Shown here piece after piece: positions 1 through 12,574 of a DNA stretch of 64,000 nucleotides. The notes beneath the pieces are model-generated. The model was not told the origin of the DNA. It saw only the letters and a list, made by a program, of their open reading frames with translations, and ran no database searches. Origin of the DNA: Raja brachyura. Taxonomy: Eukaryota. Positions within the stretch are counted from its first letter, which is position 1. Each line of letters begins with the position of its first letter. A program made the translations under genes and the position numbers. The stretch spans positions 20,584,001-20,648,000 of the forward strand of contig OY740805.1 in assembly GCA_963514005.1 (NCBI GenBank), read 5' to 3'.

Positions 1-120
1 CCACTCGATCAAATTTTAGAGGCCGCAGGGTGGTCTAGAGTAGAGATTTTTTCAAAGTTCTACGATAAACCTGTTGTCACGGTGCCAGGATTTGGACACG
101 CAGTACTGGGTTCTCTTTAA
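1..120 (+). CDS. Tyrosine recombinase C-terminal fragment (runs off the window start)
   Basis: Manual translation; the catalytic Tyr region FSKFY is followed by TAA at 118-120. Confidence 0.8.
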   Translation, partial: PLDQILEAAGWSRVEIFSKFYDKPVVTVPGFGHAVLGSL

Positions 121-711
121 ATGCTTGCTTTGTTTTATATTATCGATTTATATTATCGATTTATGTTACCATTGACATAATTTATCAATTTATTTTGTAA
201 TTTTCCCCTGCGATAGAGGGGTTATTATTAAAAAGTTGTTCTTTTTATGATTAAAGGACTTATTACATAAATTGTAACAATGTCTTAAAATACTATTTAC
301 TCACTACTGTTTTGACTAAACAGAGAGTCGTATGAAATGAATTTACGACATAAAAAACACAGAGCTTTAAAATCTTCACGTAGTCACTCACGTGACTCCG
401 AAGTAAAAAAAGTGAGATTAAACGAGAATTTACCTGTTCGAAGTTTGATCTTTATTTTATGAGGAGTTACGATGAGGGATTACGTGCCCTCCACTCCCAA
501 CCCTCATAATGTAAATGATCATCTGGTAGTTCTAGTCTATTTTGAGCCTTACTATTTTACTTCGGCTATTGGTTCTGTGTTTTTCATGCCGCTGCTTTGA
601 AGTATGCCGATCCAGCGCCAGGCGGGGCTTCTTCACGTAATCCCTCATCGTAACTCCTCATAAAATAAAGATCAAACTTCAAACAGGTAAGTTCTCGTTT
701 AATCTCACTAT
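1..711 (+). mobile_element. 3' end of a DIRS1-type tyrosine-recombinase retrotransposon (YR C-terminus, internal complementary region and right terminal repeat)
   Basis: Bases 1-120 read PLDQILEAAGWSRVEIFSKFYDKPV...GSL*, the AAGWS..F..FY motif of DIRS recombinases. A 76-bp inverted repeat (411-486 vs 634-709) follows. Confidence 0.85.
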
Positions 712-2999
712 TACTAGAGATTATGAGAGCGAACTGGATAGACACCATTAACGAAAATAAATTGCGTGGCCTATTGGATGCCAAGGGCGTGGAAAACATA
801 AATGATATTCGTTTCCACTGAGGTGATGTTGACATGTTCGCTATTTCGCTGGAGGATGTAAAAATAACATGCTTTTGGGAAGGGGAAAGCGGAAGGAAAT
901 GCAATGCGAACGTCTGAGCTGGAATCTATAGTCCCAGCAAAGCACAAATATAATATTATTCTAGCAACTCACAGCCAGTCATGTAGCATCCATGGCGGGA
1001 GAAACCAGAGCTAATGTGTGTTAATGAACAATTATCGTTGTTGTGTGTATGTATAATGTGTGTATAATGAACACTGATGCAATGTAGAACACCTCGGAAA
1101 TTGCGGAATACTCTTCGCTGAGCGGCATGCAATGCCAAAAATCCAGGTACCGTGTTGCAAGCGGATGCAAATGTGGGACAGGTCGCTGGGCGTTCAGAGC
1201 CACTCTCTCGAACGTTGTTCTCTAAATGAAAGTAAACAGTTCAGTATTTATGTACGTGCGTGTTTATTCCCTCTGCGGCGGAGACCACGTTTTGAACAGT
1301 CCATTTAATCCGATAATCTGGAAATATACAAGAGTTCCTGCTTGGGCAAGGAGGTATGTTGGGTTTATCTAAATGTTGGAACGGCACCTAGTAAAATGTA
1401 TATGGCATATCCGACGTCCTGACGTGGGGCATGGCTGAGAGAAACGAGAGAATGTGACTGCTTTGTGTGGATCGAAGTATGAACCAGACGCTGATTATAG
1501 AGGGGAAGAAACTATTTGACTGATAATGTTAGCTGAACATCCGTTTAATGTGAATCTGATAGTGTGGAGGGATTTGGCCAGTGAATAAAAACACACAATA
1601 CGTTGAAAAAAGTTGGTGAATGTAGAAATGAGAGAAATTGAATAGGCATGTTTCTGAGACCATTCCGATCTGGACCAGTAAATAAGTAGTGAAGAAAAAA
1701 TGAAGTACCCTGACTCGAATTACATGGAATCTTTCGTTATCAGCAAGGTCATGTAAATTGAGCAAACTAGGGCAACAATTTTGTAGCAAACTACCACCCT
1801 TCCTCCTTTCAGCGTCCATAGCGAGCCTTTCGCTCCACCAATCACTGATTCACTCTTTAATCTAATTCTGCTTCGAAATAAAACTTGGCATAAAACCGCA
1901 CGAAACGCCAATGATATTCCTTTATCACCATTTCCCAAAATGTAATCATTCGTAAACATCTCCGAGCTCTAAGTGACTTGTGCGTCATGTACTTTAGGTT
2001 ACCTATGACGGCGCCAATAGTGTTGTCTGCTTTCCACTTGAAACATCAGAGATAGATTCCGTAACCACTTGCACAACGCAAGGAAAATAGAAAATTGAAT
2101 TCCCATTGTCCTTTAATTCCGTGCACTGAACCCAGTCAAGCTCCTGTTCACTTGGCCGCAGGCACTGATTGTATCGCCATTTTATGAAACAGCCTTAATT
2201 CCAGGCAAGATTTCACATTTCGTTCATTGACATCAACGATATGGTGAAAAATGTTCACGATCATGTCGGAACAAACCAAGCTACGCAATTAGCCATCATC
2301 TATTTCTCTACCTTTATGAAGATATTTAATACTGATTTTGTTTGGCTTTCCAAATATTTCAGGCATTCCCTTGAAATTACAGCCTTCAGGCACATTCCGG
2401 TAACATCCCGCAATCCAACATTTATTAATAAAGCACATCCATCTCATCGCTCTTCTCCGCCTGCGTACATCTCCAACTAGATCAACCGTGATTATCAAGC
2501 CTTCAGCGCCTTTACTAACCGACACCCCCAACATATCCGTCCATCAGTCTTCCTGGCCCTCGCCTAACCGTAAGCATCCACGGTTAAGAGACTAATCTTT
2601 CAGTTCACAGTGGAGCTTGAAGTACATTCTAATGACAATAAAAGTTTCTGACTCCAGCAGCTGCAGTTTTCTGTGTCTCCCATCAGATTAACGACCTTCA
2701 TGTTCTCATCGCCTTGCAAAGTGCACATCGACAATATTCGCTTTCCCACTCGCCTTAATCATTATGGTGAACTCAAGAAAACTTTGTAAGATATGACCCT
2801 TGACGCACGGATCCACTGCTACAAATATCCCGGGCTATGCCTGGCACCACTATCCCCTGCCTTAACCTCTCTGCCTTCATCACAGGGGACAGATTATCGA
2901 ATTACGTCTGCTACAAGACTACGCGTAGTCTTAAGGACTACACTTTCTTCCATCCAGCCTCTTGCAACTAGGGATTTCGCAGTCCACATTACATCTATC

Positions 3000-3288
3000 C
3001 CCAATACAGTGATTACCATTGTAGGCAATCCGAGGTCTCCCCGTTCATCAGTTAACGTGGTTTCCTCGCAGCTATCATAGATCGATCCTTCCCCCGGGTC
3101 ACCTCTGTCTCCCGTAGCTCTGTCTCACTCCGTCTACCCAGACGGAACAAGGATAGAGTTCCCCTGATAGTCACCTTCACCCACAACAGTCTGCGCATCC
3201 ATCATAACATATTTTGATATTTCCGACACCCTAACGTGACCCCATCACGAATCACATCTTCCCATCTCAATCCCTTTCCGCCTTCCAA
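3000..3288 (+). mobile_element. Degenerate Penelope-like element fragment
   Basis: Matches the VLTF..IQHIIFRHFRHLQRNPT..HMFPSPPLSA region of the Penelope copy at about 13000-13200. Confidence 0.7.
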
Positions 3289-6200
3289 ATTATCACTAAT
3301 GCAGCCACAATTTCAGTGGCTACTTCCATAAATACCCTGGGATGCTGCCTATCTGGCCCTGGGGATTTATCGGCCTTTAATCCATTTACATTTACCTAAC
3401 ACCACTTCCCGGTTAACCTGGAGTTCACTCAGTTCCGTCTCATGTCATAGACATATCATAGTAGAAGGCGAATTATACTCAAAAAAAGTGACTCTTCTTA
3501 ATGTATATGGACCAAATTTTGATAGTCCACTGTTTTTCAAGAGAATACTTAATAACATCCCGGAATGCACACAAATAATTTAATAATTGGTGGCGACTTA
3601 AATTGTACACTAGATCCATATTTAGATAGATCATCAACTCAAAGAAAATCAAAATCTATTTCAAGTGAATTTTTAAACTCGTATATAAATAATACCAATA
3701 TTAAGGATGTTTGGAGAATTGAAAACCCATCCGGACGAGAATATTCATTTTACTCACCTGTGCATTAAAACATATTCAAGGATAGACTATTTTTTAGTAG
3801 ACTCTAAACTAATTCCATTTACTTATAAGTCACGATATCATAACAATATAATTTCGGATCATGCTCCATTAACGTTTATGATTAAATTAAACGGAATGGA
3901 CAAGATACAGACACAATGGAGACTTAATCCTCAAATCTTAAAGGAACTGGTATGTTTTGAATATCTTGTAAAACAGATTAATATGTTTTTCGAGGTCAAT
4001 GACCAGCCTGAAATCTCTGCTTCCCTTCTCTGGGAAACATTTAAAGCATTTATACGAGGGGCATTAATTTCTTCTCAAGCATTTCTTGATAAAGAGAATA
4101 GAGCTAAACAAAAAAGATTGGAAATGGAAATAAGGCAATTAGACATAGAAAATGCAGGAGCACCTTCATTGGCAAAACATAACAAAATAGCAGCACTGAA
4201 ATATAAGTTAAAGAAAATATACTCTGACCAAGTAATAAAACTTTATCAACACACAAAACAATTAAATTTTGAATTTGGTGATAAACCACAAAAACTATTA
4301 TCACGCCAGCTTCGTAAATTTGACGGGGAAAAAACGATTCATAAGATTAGATCAAATAAGGGAGAAATACTAACACTCCCCAAAGATATTAATAACAGAT
4401 TTTTACAATACTATCAAAATCTTTATTCAAATAAATTGGCAGAACAATCAACAGGAATGGAAGCATTTTTACAGAAATGTAACCTTAAAGGCTTATATTT
4501 GCAAGAGCAAGAATTATTAGGAGCTGAAATAACGACAAAAGATATCGAAGAGTCAATTAGATCTTTAAAAAATGGAAAGGCCGCAGGCCCTGATGGCCTA
4601 AGCTCTGAATTTTATTTTAAAAAATTATGATTTGATCTCTTCACGCTTACAAACACTGTACAAACACATTTATACTCAACAGCAACTCCCGGAACCTTTA
4701 AACGAATCTACAATAATACTTATACCTAAAACTGATAAGGATCTGGCAGACCCAGCCTCATATAGAGCAATAGCTCTATTAAATACTGATCAGAAAATAC
4801 TAACGAAAATCCTATCTTATAGATTGAGTTTAGTGATTAACAAATGAATACACCCTGACCAAACAGGCTTTATCCCAAAACGTCACTCATTTTACAATCT
4901 GAGACAATTATTTAATATTATATACTCAAATAGAATTGCTAACGCAGATCTAGCAATTATTTCGCTAGATGCTGAAAAAGCCTTTGATCAAGTAGAATGG
5001 TCATATTTATTTTCAGTGATGGAAAAATTTGAACTGGGAGAGAAGTACTGCACATGGGTTAAACTTTTATACTCTAACCCAACAGCTAGAATACTAACTA
5101 ACCAAATGTTATCATCTAAATTTAATCTCTCTAGAGGTTGTAGACAAGGATGCTCGCTGTCTCCATTATCATTCGCTTTAGCAATTGACCCACTCGCAGA
5201 AAATGTCAGATCTAATCCAGAAATACATGGGTATAATACTAAAGATACAAATAATAACATTTCTCTATATGCAGATGATGTATTAATATATATTACAAAG
5301 CCAGAAATTAGTATTCCAAATTTATTAAATCTAATAACTCAATTCGGTCAGTTCTCAGGATATAGCATTAATTGGAATAAAAGCGAAATCATGCCAATAA
5401 CGGAACTCAATTTACATATACTACAACAATCACCTTTTAAAATAGTTGAGGAAAAAATTAAATACCTAGGTATTTATGAAACTAAGGCGTATACTTCTTT
5501 ATTTAAATCAAATTTCCCACCTTTACTGAATAAACTAAATAAGAATATTCAATACTGGAAAATATTTCCTATTACAATGTTCGGTAGAATTAATGCTATA
5601 AAAATGATCTTTCTGCCGCAATTATTGTACTTATTTCAGTCAATCCCGATATATATTCCAAAATCTTTTTTTTTTAATGTAGACTCTACTGTTACAAGTT
5701 TCATCTGGGATTACAAGAATCATAGAATAAATAAAAAACATTTATGTAAATCAAAGATTAATGGAGGCTTAGCTCTACCAAACTTTCTGTTTTATTTTTG
5801 GGCAGTCCATATTAAAAAAATGAATTTTTGGCTGGAAGAAATGGATCAACAACCAGACTGGTTAAGGATGGAAAAGGAGGACTGTTTACCCTTTGAAATC
5901 GGTTCGATTATATTTGCACCGACAAAATTGCACAAAAAAACTATAGGGAAAACCCTATAATATATAGTGGAACACAAATCTGGAAACAACTAAAAAGGGC
6001 ATTAAAATTGAATAATATACCACTCTATTGTCTCCCTATTGTGAACATCCCTTATTTAAACCTTCCATGCTGGATAAAGGTTTTACACAATGGAAAAACC
6101 ATGGGAGCAAAAAGATGGAACACCTTTAAAGATAGGCACTATTCTTTTATTTCAGGAATTACAACAGATTTACGGATTACATTCAAATATTTTTTTCCGA

Positions 6201-7114
6201 TATCTGCAACTCAGAGATTATGTTGAATCAAATACACAAGATTATAGGAATAAGGAACCAGAAATCCTTGATGAATGTTTGACTAAGCATCCTAATACAG
6301 AAAAACTAAAATTGTTGTCTTCCTTAGTGAAGACAGAACCAAATTAGTTATTCAATTGGTCTGCCATGTCCTAGTTCCCCACGATCAATTCACCTGTTTC
6401 TGATGGCAAGAGACCTACATTTGTTTCAACTAATATTTTTCTCTTCACACACCTATACAACTTTTGCAGTCAGTTTTTATGTTCCCTGCCAGTTTTCTTT
6501 CATAATCTATTTTCCCTTTCCTAATTAATCCCTTTCTCCTCCTCTGCTGGACGGAATTTCTCCCAATCCTCTGGCAGGCTGCTTTTTCTGGCTAATATTT
6601 ATGCATCATCTTTTGTTTTAATACTATCCCTGATTTTCCTTGTTAGCCCCGGATGTACTACCTTCCCTGAATTATTCTTTTGCCAAACTGGGATGAACAT
6701 TTTTTGTAGTTCATCCATGCAGTCTTTAAATACCTTCCATTGCCTCTCCACCGTCAACACTTTAAGAATCAATTGCCAGTCTATCTTGGCCAATTCACGC
6801 CTCACACCCTCAAAGTTACATTTCTTTAAATTCAGAACCCTTGTTTCTGAATTAATTATGTCAATCTCCATGCTAATGAGAACTCAACCATATTATGGTC
6901 ACTTTTGCCCAAGGGTCCACGCACAACAAGACTGTTAACTAACCCTTCCTCATTGCTCAATACCCATTTTAGAATAGCCTGCTCTTTCGTTGGTTCCTCT
7001 ACATGTTGGTTTAGAAAACTATCCCGCAAACATTTCAAGAAATTCTCTTCCTCAGCACCCCTGCCAATTTGATTCACCCAATCTATATGTAGATTGAAGT
7101 CACCCATTATAACT
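3289..7114 (-). mobile_element. CR1 LINE ORF2 fragment (endonuclease to RT start), interrupted by an L1 fragment
   Basis: 3289-3436 encodes KADKSPGPD..HPRV. 6311-7114 continues it, colinear with the CR1 at 47660-47980, and includes the MGDFNLHIDW and SDHN endonuclease motifs. Confidence 0.85.
3446..6310 (+). mobile_element. L1/Tx1-clade LINE ORF2 internal fragment (APE endonuclease + RT), frameshifted
   Basis: ORF pieces with NVYGPN, GGDLN, YSRIDYF, SDHAP, GPDG, DAEKAFD, RQGCSLSP, LYADD and GGLALPNF; strongly A-rich sense strand. Confidence 0.93.
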
Positions 7115-7165
7115 GTCTCCTGACAGTCTCCTGACTATACCGCTATTTAAAGTGTGACCTACAAC

Positions 7166-8446
7166 CAGGCACGTGCCGTCAGAGTAGGCAAGGTGTGCAC
7201 TGCCTACCCTGACTAAAATTATAACATAGTAATAACTAAATATAAATATAAAGGCATGGGAGAATTATGCCTATGTAAGAGACCGATCTCTTAGGTAGGC
7301 ATAATTCTCTGTACCTTTCATCCACAGCACTTGTAACACGGAAAGGTGCCTGCAGCCCATGTGCCGTCAGCGCTGCCTGCAGCCGTCAGTTTCAAGCTGG
7401 GCTGAAGGCAGCAGAAATTCTGCCTTTGCTGTACTGTTTCTTGTTTCTGCGCATGTTTCTTGGCGAGGTTTTCAAATATGGTTTTGTCAATATTTTAAGT
7501 GTATGTTAGGAAACAGCGAGAGAAAAATGGAGGTAGAGTACCAATGATGTGGTAAGTACATTTTGTGTTTATTTTTTTAAATACTGTATTTCCAGGGGTG
7601 TGGAGGTGGGGGGAGAGCTCCTTTCCAAGCGTTTGGGGAGTCTGGCCCAGGGTAAAGTTGCGGGGAGGGCACGAATGTTATGAATGAGGGGATTGGGATA
7701 ATGCCACTTGCGACGCTCCTTGCACAGACGCGTGGAATGCCACCGCACAGAGGCCGGGCGGGGGGGGGGGGAATAGTTCGGGTGGCTGAGCGGCCGCCAG
7801 GCCAGACAGCGGAACCAGCCGCCACCTTAGCTCCTTCTGCCGGTCCCCGCTCACCTCTGACAGCTCGCCGTCTAAAAACCTCCCTCCTGCCGCTCGCTAG
7901 CCTCACTCATGTCCTTAAATTCCGACAGCGTGATTGAGGTTACTCGGCTGCGGGAATATAAGGATTTGCAGGAAGCCGCTGACATGAGCGAAGTCGGCGA
8001 GCGGCAGGCGACAGGTGTTCCGACGGAGAACACGGCCAGAGGTGAGCGGGCCGGCAGAAGGCGCTGAAGTGGCGGCCTGTTCTGCTGTCGGGTCCCGGAG
8101 GCCGCTCGTAGCTCCCCAAGCTGCTTCTATCCCCAGCTACAGTGCGTGGCTTCGCGCCCGGAGAGCTGCGGTAGCGGTGAGTGAGTGAGTTACTGGCCTT
8201 ATCCCCGCCACCCTCCTTCTCAACACTCGTGTCCTCCCCACAATTTTACCCCTAGCACAGGCCCTCCACACGCTGCGAAAGGAACTGTTCCCCCAATTAG
8301 TCTAGGACTAGGAAACCTTGTGAAAATTGAAATGTCACTGTTTTTATTTATTTATTTATTTAACGGGTAGAACAATCTGCGCATGCGCGGTTTAATTTTT
8401 TTTATAAAGCGGACTGACTGCCTACCCTACTCACGGCACGTGCCTG
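7166..8446. mobile_element. Non-autonomous hAT-type DNA transposon
   Basis: Perfect 14-bp TIRs (CAGGCACGTGCCGT) and a perfect 8-bp TSD CCTACAAC (7158-7165, 8447-8454); no transposase ORF. Confidence 0.9.
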
Positions 8447-8454
8447 CCTACAAC

Positions 8455-8895
8455 CATGGTTCTACCTGACATTACCCTCTCCTGCTGTTCCTCAGGCGCA
8501 GGCCAAGTGCCACAGCTCTGCCTGGTACCACTGCGCTATCCTTACGTATCACCCCCCACCAGCATCCAAAAGCGTATGCCTGCATTGGCAGAGGGTAGCC
8601 ACAAGAGTCACTTGCACTTCCTGTCTTTTTGCCTTCAACGTAGTCAGCCACCTTCTATCTTCTTGGATCTTTTGCTTGATCACATCGCCATCCGTCTTAT
8701 CCGAGAGGCACCCATTTTCGCCCACAGTTCTGCGCTCAACCAGCTGCAGCTCCAGTTCCCTAACTCGGCCTTTAAATTGTTACAAACGGACAGAATTTCC
8801 ACAGGTGTAGCCATGAGGCATCAGCGTTTTCCCCAACTTGCCACATCCGGCACGAGGAGCCTTGTACCAATTTATCTGCCAACGTCACTGCCCTG
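8455..8895 (-). mobile_element. CR1 ORF1 N-terminal remnant
   Basis: The reverse strand at about 8730-8790 reads GRVRELELQL, the coiled coil that follows the ORF1 Cys finger. Confidence 0.55.
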
Positions 8896-9334
8896 AACCA
8901 AGAAAGAACAGACATCGCAAAAGTCACAAGAGCACATTCTTCCTTATTCTCCTATGTGCATTATCCTCCTTGACGCAATCACTTCGCCGATGACTCCAGC
9001 CACATACCCCATGCACACCTTACCTACACACAGCCTCTCCGCCACGTTTTGCCTTACTTTAATGTGCTGCTTAATTAGCCATTGTCGATCACGCAACCAA
9101 TTCACTGATAACCTGATTTGTTTTTTCGCAATACTTTGTTTGCAATGGCTGTCATGAAATGGCAACAAACCAAACAAACTCGAAAGCCACCGTTGGCCAT
9201 ACAGAGCAAAGAAACAAAACGTAAAGCAGTACGAGAAGAAGAATGCCAATTGTAGTGTATTTGGTATATGAGTGGGGAATAATGGTGTTTTAAATCTCCT
9301 ATACAATTGCGACAAATGTCGACACCCTGCAGAT

Positions 9335-10450
9335 CAGCTCCTACCTTTCAAACCATTCTCCAGAGCCTGCTAAAGAAGATGAAAGCTCGTGGTATCAGAG
9401 GTAAAATACTGGCATTGATAACTAATTTACTGGTTGGCAGAAAGCAAAGAATGGCAATACAGGAGGATGTTTCCTGGTTGACTGCAATTGACTACCGGCG
9501 TTCCACAGTGGTCGGTGCTGATGCCCCCAATCTTCAAGTTGTATATCAATGATATTTACAAGGTGGCAGGCAGTGTAGATAAAATAGGGACTCTGCATAA
9601 GGACTTGGGCAGGTTGGAAGTGTCGACAAAGGAATGACAAATTGAATACCACGTAACTAAGTGTGAAGGCATGCACTTTGGTCGTGGGAATAAAGACGTA
9701 GACCTTTTTTTCTAAATTCGCAGAGAATTCGGATATAGGGGGTCCAAAGGAACTTTGGAGTGTGGTGCAGTGTGGCCAAAAGGTAATTCAAAAGTAGAAT
9801 CCACAGTGAGGAAGGCAAATGTAATTCTAGTATTTATTTAGAGAGAACTAGAATATAAAAGCAGGGATGTTTTGCTGAGGTCAAATCACATTGGGAGCAT
9901 TGTAAGCGGTTTTGGGAGGAGGGCATATCAGAGGAAGGATGTGCTGGCGTTGTAGGGGATCCACAGGAGGTTTACGAAAATGATCCAAGGAACAATTGGA
10001 TTGACGTATGATGAGCGTTTGACCGCACTGGGCCTGTACTAGCTGGAGTTGAGAAGGATGAAGTGGGACCTAATTAAAACTTACCGGACTACCTAATAAT
10101 GAAAGGCCTGGTTAGCGAGAAAGGTGGAGAGGATATTTCCTCTGGTGGGAGTCTATGATGAGAGTCATATCCTCAGAGTAAAAGTTCGTACCATTAGTAA
10201 GGAGACGAGAAGGAATTTCTTGAGTCAGAGGGTGGTGAATCTGTGGAATCCATTGCCACAGAATGATGGGAAGGTAATTTCAATGGATATGTAAGTCGAA
10301 GATGGGCGGAGTCTTGAATAGTTAGGGTTGTGGGAAGGAGGCAGGAGAATGCGGTTGAGAGGGAAAGATAAATCAGCCATGATTGAATGTCAGAGTAGTT
10401 CGATGGGCCGAATGGGTTAATTCTGCTGCCATAACATATGAATTTATGAA
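9335..10450 (+). mobile_element. Degenerate CR1 LINE 3' portion
   Basis: LLKKMKARGIRGKIL..RKQR remnant, CR1 3' UTR (ATCAGCCATGATTGAATG..ATGGGCCGAATGG) and a short repeat tail. Confidence 0.85.
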
Positions 10451-10829
10451 CTTCTCCAACCGTACCTTTCCTCTCCCATTTCCTCCAAATATATCAACAA
10501 TAATTGGTACCATTTCACCACATTTTCTCAGCTAACACCGCCGTCGCGTGTGTTTACAGCCTGACTTCGGCTGTACCTAATCACTTGTCTACACGTTCTA
10601 TTCGTCATTATGCAGAATATAATGCTATTAAGACGGCCATGTCTGCATAACTATTCGTTTTCGTTATTCCTGGCGAAACACTAACTCGGTTCCTTTGCCT
10701 ACATATGCTCTCTCACCTCGCAAATATGTTTCTGGTTTTAATCCAAAATGCACCATTGCCACATAAAATGCGGAGAACATCGACACATTACAACGGGGTT
10801 GCAGATTCGATAAATTATAATAGTAAGAT

Positions 10830-11345
10830 ATTTAGTCATAAAGCCATACAGCATAAATGGATGTTCTTCGGCTCAACTCATCCATACGGACAAGGATGCC
10901 TCATCTAAGGTTTATTTTCCCGCCTTTTCCCACATCCCTCTAAAATATTCCTGTTCATGTAGGGTCTAAGTGTATTTAAATATAGTTATAGCACCTGCAT
11001 CAACTAATTCCAGCAGCAGATCCTTGCATATGCCTCCACTTTCTGCGGAAAAGATGCCCCTCACATTCATATTAAATATTTCCTTCTCAATTCAAACCAA
11101 CATCATGTGGTTGTTTGTTGCTATACACTGGGTAACATCTACTGTGCATTCTCTCTCTTCATTCTTCTAACGATTATATGTACCTCTCAAAGATCATCCC
11201 CCACCACCTGCACCCCAAGGAATAGATTACTCCCCTTCCCATCCTCTCCCTATAGCATAGAGCTGAGGATCTAGCACCATTCTCGTAAATCCTCTCTGCG
11301 CATCTTCCAGGTTAAAGATACCCTTCCCAAATAAAGGGAACAAAT
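10830..11345 (-). mobile_element. Old CR1 3' fragment
   Basis: Antisense similarity to the other CR1 3' ends in the window. Confidence 0.55.
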
Positions 11346-11477
11346 CTCTGGAAAAACACCACTATTCATAAGCCTCCAGCAAGAAAAGCAACCTTACACA
11401 CCATAGTCTACTTTATTCGCTGAAGCTAAATCTTTATTCAAACGGTTAACGAGGGAAAGGCCGTATACGTTGTCTGT

Positions 11478-12050
11478 CAGGGACGTGCGGTCAGAGGAGG
11501 CAGAGTCTCACCTGTCATACTCCCAATGCTGTTAAGAAAGGTAAAGAAAAATAATAATAAAATTAAATAAATATAAAGATTTTTCCACTGAATTTTGTTA
11601 TAAATGTCATTTCTACATGAAGCTAATCATTTTTTACAGTCAAAATCGCACAATTTGCGCATCACCGCTGTAAATACAGGGGAGAGATGAGAGGTGAGGC
11701 AGCGACAGCTGAGCATCCCATCTGATTGCGCAACCCCGCAGAAACTGAATGGAATGCGGGCAATAAGCGTGCACCTGTTACTATCTCTCTATATGTCACC
11801 AATATAATGTTTGTAGATCCCCTCATTACATGTCCTCACCTTCCATAGTCCAGGTAACGTATTTCACATATAAGTATATTAACTCTGTGCTCGCTGGTCT
11901 CATCATACAACTGCAATGAAAAAGCACCAGGGAAGGCAGCGATCACATCTGCCTCACAAGGGGCGTGTCTTGAACCCAGTGGAGGGAGAGCGAGCGTCAA
12001 TTACGTAGGCTCAGCGCAAGTAATTTACACTTCCTCACTCTCCCTCCACG
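11478..12050. mobile_element. One end of a hAT-like element related to the 7166-8446 element; the other TIR was not found and the end is approximate
   Basis: CAGGGACGTGCGGTCAGAGGAGGCAG resembles CAGGCACGTGCCGTCAGAGTAGGCAA at 7166. Confidence 0.5.
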
Positions 12051-12094
12051 TTAGCGAGCTTCAGCAACGGAGCCGCAGCGCTGGATTCCACCGC

Positions 12095-12154
12095 AGGAGG
12101 CGCTGACTTTCCAGCCGCGGGAGGCGTTGACTTTCCAGCCGCGGGAGGCGTTGA
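12095..12154 (+). repeat. 24-bp tandem repeat, about 2.5 copies (GGAGGCGTTGACTTTCCAGCCGCG)
   Basis: Directly visible. Confidence 0.85.
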
Positions 12155-12317
12155 CCATAACATCGCGGGGACGCCAGGGTTGAAGCTCCGCCCAGCTCGG
12201 CCTGTGGATTTCGGAAGCAGCAGTTTCCGGTAGGTAAGTCGCTGATTCGGAGGCTCTGGGCCGAAGCGACGTCTGCAGAGGCCTCAATAGGCCCCGACCA
12301 CGAGTGAACAGAGGAAG

Positions 12318-12438
12318 AGGACTGAACTTTCAAAGTTCAGTCCTCTTTGAAATTTCAGTCCTACTTTGAAAGTTCAGTCCTCTTTGAAAGTTCAGTCCTA
12401 CTTTGAAAGTTCAGTCCTCTTTGAAAGTTCAGTCCTAC
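12318..12438 (+). repeat. Palindrome plus six alternating 18/19-bp tandem units (AAAGTTCAGTCCT[A]CTTTG)
   Basis: AGGACTGAACTTT-C-AAAGTTCAGTCCT followed by repeats of the right arm. Confidence 0.9.
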
Positions 12439-12574
12439 TGTTCAACACGCCTGTTCAACGTTGGTGCCTCTCCTCACAGCGGAATCAACGATTCCCACTG
12501 TGAGGAGATGTTTTCTTATGTTTAATGTTAAACTCTAAAGTGTTGTGTTTATCTTTTTTTGCGTGGGGGATGTA

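Noticed and set aside
1093-1221. Possible minus-strand exon with AG/GT borders
   Set aside because: Weak donor, no recognisable protein and no partner exons.
12332-12438. CRISPR-like array
   Set aside because: No unique spacers; a eukaryotic tandem repeat.
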